DNA of 20,000 bases from an uncultured virus (IMG/VR IMGVR_UViG_3300012274_000094) (taxonomy: Duplodnaviria; Heunggongvirae; Uroviricota; Caudoviricetes): the IMG/VR virus record IMGVR_UViG_3300012274_000094, positions 45,909 to 65,908 of that record, one strand, 5' to 3'. The position numbers were made by a program, and so were the translations under genes. Under the pieces are notes generated by a model. That model saw only the letters and a list, made by a program, of their open reading frames with translations, was not told the DNA's origin and did no database searches. Shown in pieces: positions 17,101 to 20,000 of this stretch. Each line of letters begins with the position of its first letter. The first letter of the stretch is position 1.

Positions 17101-18555
17101 GTGAGTGTTAAATCAATTTTTACTCAAACACATGCACCACATCAAAGCCGATTAGTATCTGGTTTTGATTCAATGGTGAATAGTGGCGCTTGTTCAATTG
17201 GATTTATTAAAGGTGATTACCGTCAAATTAATGCCTTAGTCACTGAAGACTACACGGAAAATGACCTCTGGCGAGTGATTAACTTAAAAGGGCAGAAGAG
17301 CGGAATCGAAGCTTATGATTCAGTTGCCATACTTGGTGCAATTGATGATCAGCATGCTGGTGAACTAGCAATCTTACAGTTTGGACGCATGTTTGACGCT
17401 TGTGTTACAGATGTAATTGAAACAAATCAATTTGGTCTTAAACGCCACCTATCTTCCAAACAATTTAATTTGTCTGGGTCTAAACCAATTCAAAGATGGC
17501 AATTAGAGAAATTACAGAACGTGATTGCTGCAGAAACACCTCAATGGGATGGTATCAGTTTAGTTTCTCATGATGGTGAAACAGCAAAACTTCTTCTAGA
17601 TATGCAGCGAAATGATGACCATAGTCAGCTGCTAAGTAAATTTGATGGGTTGCCTACGCTATTATCTAGTCTGGAAGTAGAAGAAGCTCATTATGATTCT
17701 ATTATTGTCGATTACCAGCATTTAGAGCAGCTGTCTGCTATTTTGCATCACGCTATGGATCAGTTTTCTAAAACTGGTGTTAAAGTCATTAACGTTACTG
17801 AAAGTAAGCCCTTCAAGCATAAAAAAGTACTTCAAATTGCGCTTACTTATGATTTTGAAGACGGTCAAAACTTCACAATCCTTTTTCATAAGCCAGATCG
17901 ATTTTCAAAGAAAATTAGTTCTGCAGATTCATTAATTTCATGGAAGATCTTAATGAACAATCGTGATATTACAGCTGCAATTCAGCCTAATCAGGGAGAA
18001 GGAATTTCAATTCCTGTTCTCGCTGGTCGAATCATGAAGTTAATTAACCAAAATAGTAATCGTTTTAAACGCTTACAAGCTAAAAAAGCCGAAAAAGCTA
18101 AAGCTTTGGCTGAAGCGGAAAATCGGGTTTTGGAAAAGCAGAGTTTATTGGCATCTTTAAAGCAAGAAATAGAAAGTTTGCAATCTGAATTAGATAATTT
18201 AGCTATTTCCAAAAGTAAACCGACACCAGAAGTGACACCTGAACCGGCACCGGAGGTGACACCTGAGCCAACACCAGAAGTGACACCTGAACCGGCACCA
18301 GAGGTGACACCTGAACCAGCACCAGAGGTGACGCCTGAACCAGCACCAGAGGTGACACCTGAAGAACTACAAAATCTATCAGCTTCGGATACTTCAAATC
18401 CTTTGTATAAGTCAATCATTGAAGGACAAGTAGGCGTAAGTTTGGAAGTACTAGAACAAGTTCGAGATGAGGCTGAGAAGAATTTAGAAGACCCTTTATT
18501 AATTCCAGCTGTAACTGAGTTGCTTAACCAAATTAAAGTTAAGGAGAGCGTTTAA
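17101..18555 (+). CDS. darA: DarA-like (defence against restriction A, N-terminal domain) virion protein
   Basis: GTG start with RBS GAGGA. Segment YDFEDGQNFTILFHKPD...DSLISWKILMNNRDITAAIQPNQGEGISIPVLAGRIMKLINQNSNRF followed by a coiled coil matches the DarA_N pattern. Followed by a ddrB-like gene. Confidence 0.75.
   Translation: MSVKSIFTQTHAPHQSRLVSGFDSMVNSGACSIGFIKGDYRQINALVTEDYTENDLWRVINLKGQKSGIEAYDSVAILGAIDDQHAGELAILQFGRMFDACVTDVIETNQFGLKRHLSSKQFNLSGSKPIQRWQLEKLQNVIAAETPQWDGISLVSHDGETAKLLLDMQRNDDHSQLLSKFDGLPTLLSSLEVEEAHYDSIIVDYQHLEQLSAILHHAMDQFSKTGVKVINVTESKPFKHKKVLQIALTYDFEDGQNFTILFHKPDRFSKKISSADSLISWKILMNNRDITAAIQPNQGEGISIPVLAGRIMKLINQNSNRFKRLQAKKAEKAKALAEAENRVLEKQSLLASLKQEIESLQSELDNLAISKSKPTPEVTPEPAPEVTPEPTPEVTPEPAPEVTPEPAPEVTPEPAPEVTPEELQNLSASDTSNPLYKSIIEGQVGVSLEVLEQVRDEAEKNLEDPLLIPAVTELLNQIKVKESV
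18220..18363 (+). repeat. Six tandem 24-bp coding repeats, P[T/A]PEVTPE
   Basis: Units start at 18220, 18244, 18268, 18292, 18316 and 18340; consensus CCRRCACCRGARGTGACRCCTGAR. Confidence 0.95.
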
Positions 18556-20000
18556 TGTTACTTAAATTTATTACGCCTTCTGTAATAGCTACGGACCCTT
18601 TAATTGTAATTGATCAAATGATTAGTTTCTTTAAACCAACGAAGTCCTTAACAGGGCTTTTACGGGGCAGAACTAATAATGTTAAGACAGCCAAAGGGGA
18701 AAAGATTTCTACTGTCTTCGCCATAGTCGATATTGATCAAGTCATTGCGTCTCATACGGCGACAGGTGCAGAAAACCCAAACTATCCTCAAGAATTACAA
18801 CCGCGAGATCGTAGCCGTGAATCATCACAAGCATGGGTACATAAAACTGCTAATGATTTAGATCCCGAAAGCCTTGGCCGCTCAGGGCGGGCAGATACAG
18901 GAGCACCGATAACTGGAGACGATTTAGTTGTGGAGTCAGGAAACGGTCGAACCATGGCAATCAAGCTTGCATATGAGCAGGGCACCGCAGATGAGTATAA
19001 ACAATGGTTAATTGATGAAGCCGATTACTTTGGTTTTAGTTCTGAGCAAGTACAGGCCATTTCTAAACCAATATTGATACGTATTCGTACCACTGAGATT
19101 GATAGAGCACAATTTGCTATTGATGCAAACCAAGATGATAAGTTGTCATTTACAGCTACAGAACGAGCTAAAGCTGATGCTAAACGATTAGATGATAATT
19201 TACTGGCTCTTTTTAACCCGAGTGAAGACGGTGATTTATTAGCAGTAAGTAATCAAAAGTTTATTCAAGGTTTTTTGACTAAATTAGGTGATACGGAAGC
19301 AGCCCAGTACACCACGAAAGATAAAAAACCAACACAAGCACTGATAAACAGAATCAAGGCCGCAATTTTTAGTAAAGCGTACAATGATGATCGTTTGCTA
19401 GAAATGATGGCTGATCATACAAAACCAGATCTTCAAAACATGCTTAATGCGTTGGGTGTTGCTGCGCCTAAATTTATTGAAGCACAAGCTATAAGTCGTG
19501 GAAATGTTCAAGATATATCGGATCAAATCGTTGATGGTATGGAGCAAGCCATTGATCAACGTGTTGCTAATGCAATTATTGATGCAGCAAATACCATTTT
19601 ATCTGCCAAGAAAAATGACCAAGATATTGTTGAATTCGTAAAGCAACAAAGGCTTTTTGAGGATCTAGGAGAAGGTGTTGCTGAGCTCGCCGTGTTTCTG
19701 GATAAGAATAGCCGCAGTTCTAAAAAAATGAGTATGTTGTTTAAAACCCTTGCGGAATTTGCAGAAAAACAGGCTTTAGATAGCATTAACGTAGGTTTAT
19801 TTGGTGAGCCTGAACCCGTCAGTGTGAAAGATGCAATCCAATATGCAAAGCAAGTACTTGGAGAGGATTTCATAAGTGTGCAAATGTATGATTCTTTGAT
19901 TGAGACCAGCAGATCAAGTAGCCCTAAGACAATTCGATTAACCAAAGAAGGTGTAAAAAACTTTCAAAATGCTTTTAAGAACTACAAATTTAATAGATAA
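18555..20000 (+). CDS. ddrB: DdrB-like ParB-superfamily domain protein
   Basis: Motifs ASH...NPNYPQELQPRDRSRESS...LDPESLGRSGRADTGAPITGDDLVVESGNGRTMAI are characteristic of the ddrB-like ParB domain. TAA stop at 19998-20000. Confidence 0.75.
   Translation: MLLKFITPSVIATDPLIVIDQMISFFKPTKSLTGLLRGRTNNVKTAKGEKISTVFAIVDIDQVIASHTATGAENPNYPQELQPRDRSRESSQAWVHKTANDLDPESLGRSGRADTGAPITGDDLVVESGNGRTMAIKLAYEQGTADEYKQWLIDEADYFGFSSEQVQAISKPILIRIRTTEIDRAQFAIDANQDDKLSFTATERAKADAKRLDDNLLALFNPSEDGDLLAVSNQKFIQGFLTKLGDTEAAQYTTKDKKPTQALINRIKAAIFSKAYNDDRLLEMMADHTKPDLQNMLNALGVAAPKFIEAQAISRGNVQDISDQIVDGMEQAIDQRVANAIIDAANTILSAKKNDQDIVEFVKQQRLFEDLGEGVAELAVFLDKNSRSSKKMSMLFKTLAEFAEKQALDSINVGLFGEPEPVSVKDAIQYAKQVLGEDFISVQMYDSLIETSRSSSPKTIRLTKEGVKNFQNAFKNYKFNR

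Noticed and set aside
18220..18363. CRISPR-like array
   Set aside because: Contiguous in-frame coding repeats with no spacers.
17991..18419. Reverse ORFs with GVTSGAGS / VSPLVLVQ repeats
   Set aside because: Antisense shadows of the PEVTPEPA repeat.

Overview
AT-rich, almost entirely + strand virion-morphogenesis region of a P1-like myovirus, prophage or phage-plasmid. The host is probably Acinetobacter-like (inferred from composition only). Gene order: partial acidic/basic protein, stand-alone sheath-N-like protein, tail tube-like protein, hypothetical, baseplate hub, a 3501-aa giant tail protein, two tail-tip/receptor-binding accessory genes, a small divergent gene, portal, a second tube-like protein, and a DarA-like / DdrB-like pair. 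Two features stand out. (1) The giant protein fuses a contractile-tail gpV/gp5 spike (OB-fold + beta-helix) to about 10 carbohydrate-binding-like modules and a siphovirus gpJ/DUF1983-type C-terminus. (2) A recurring element, TGGAAC-N29-nAnnnT, precedes four gene starts; in three it overlaps a hairpin that would hide the RBS in read-through mRNA but not in mRNA started at that promoter. All family assignments come from motif recognition by eye; no searches were run.
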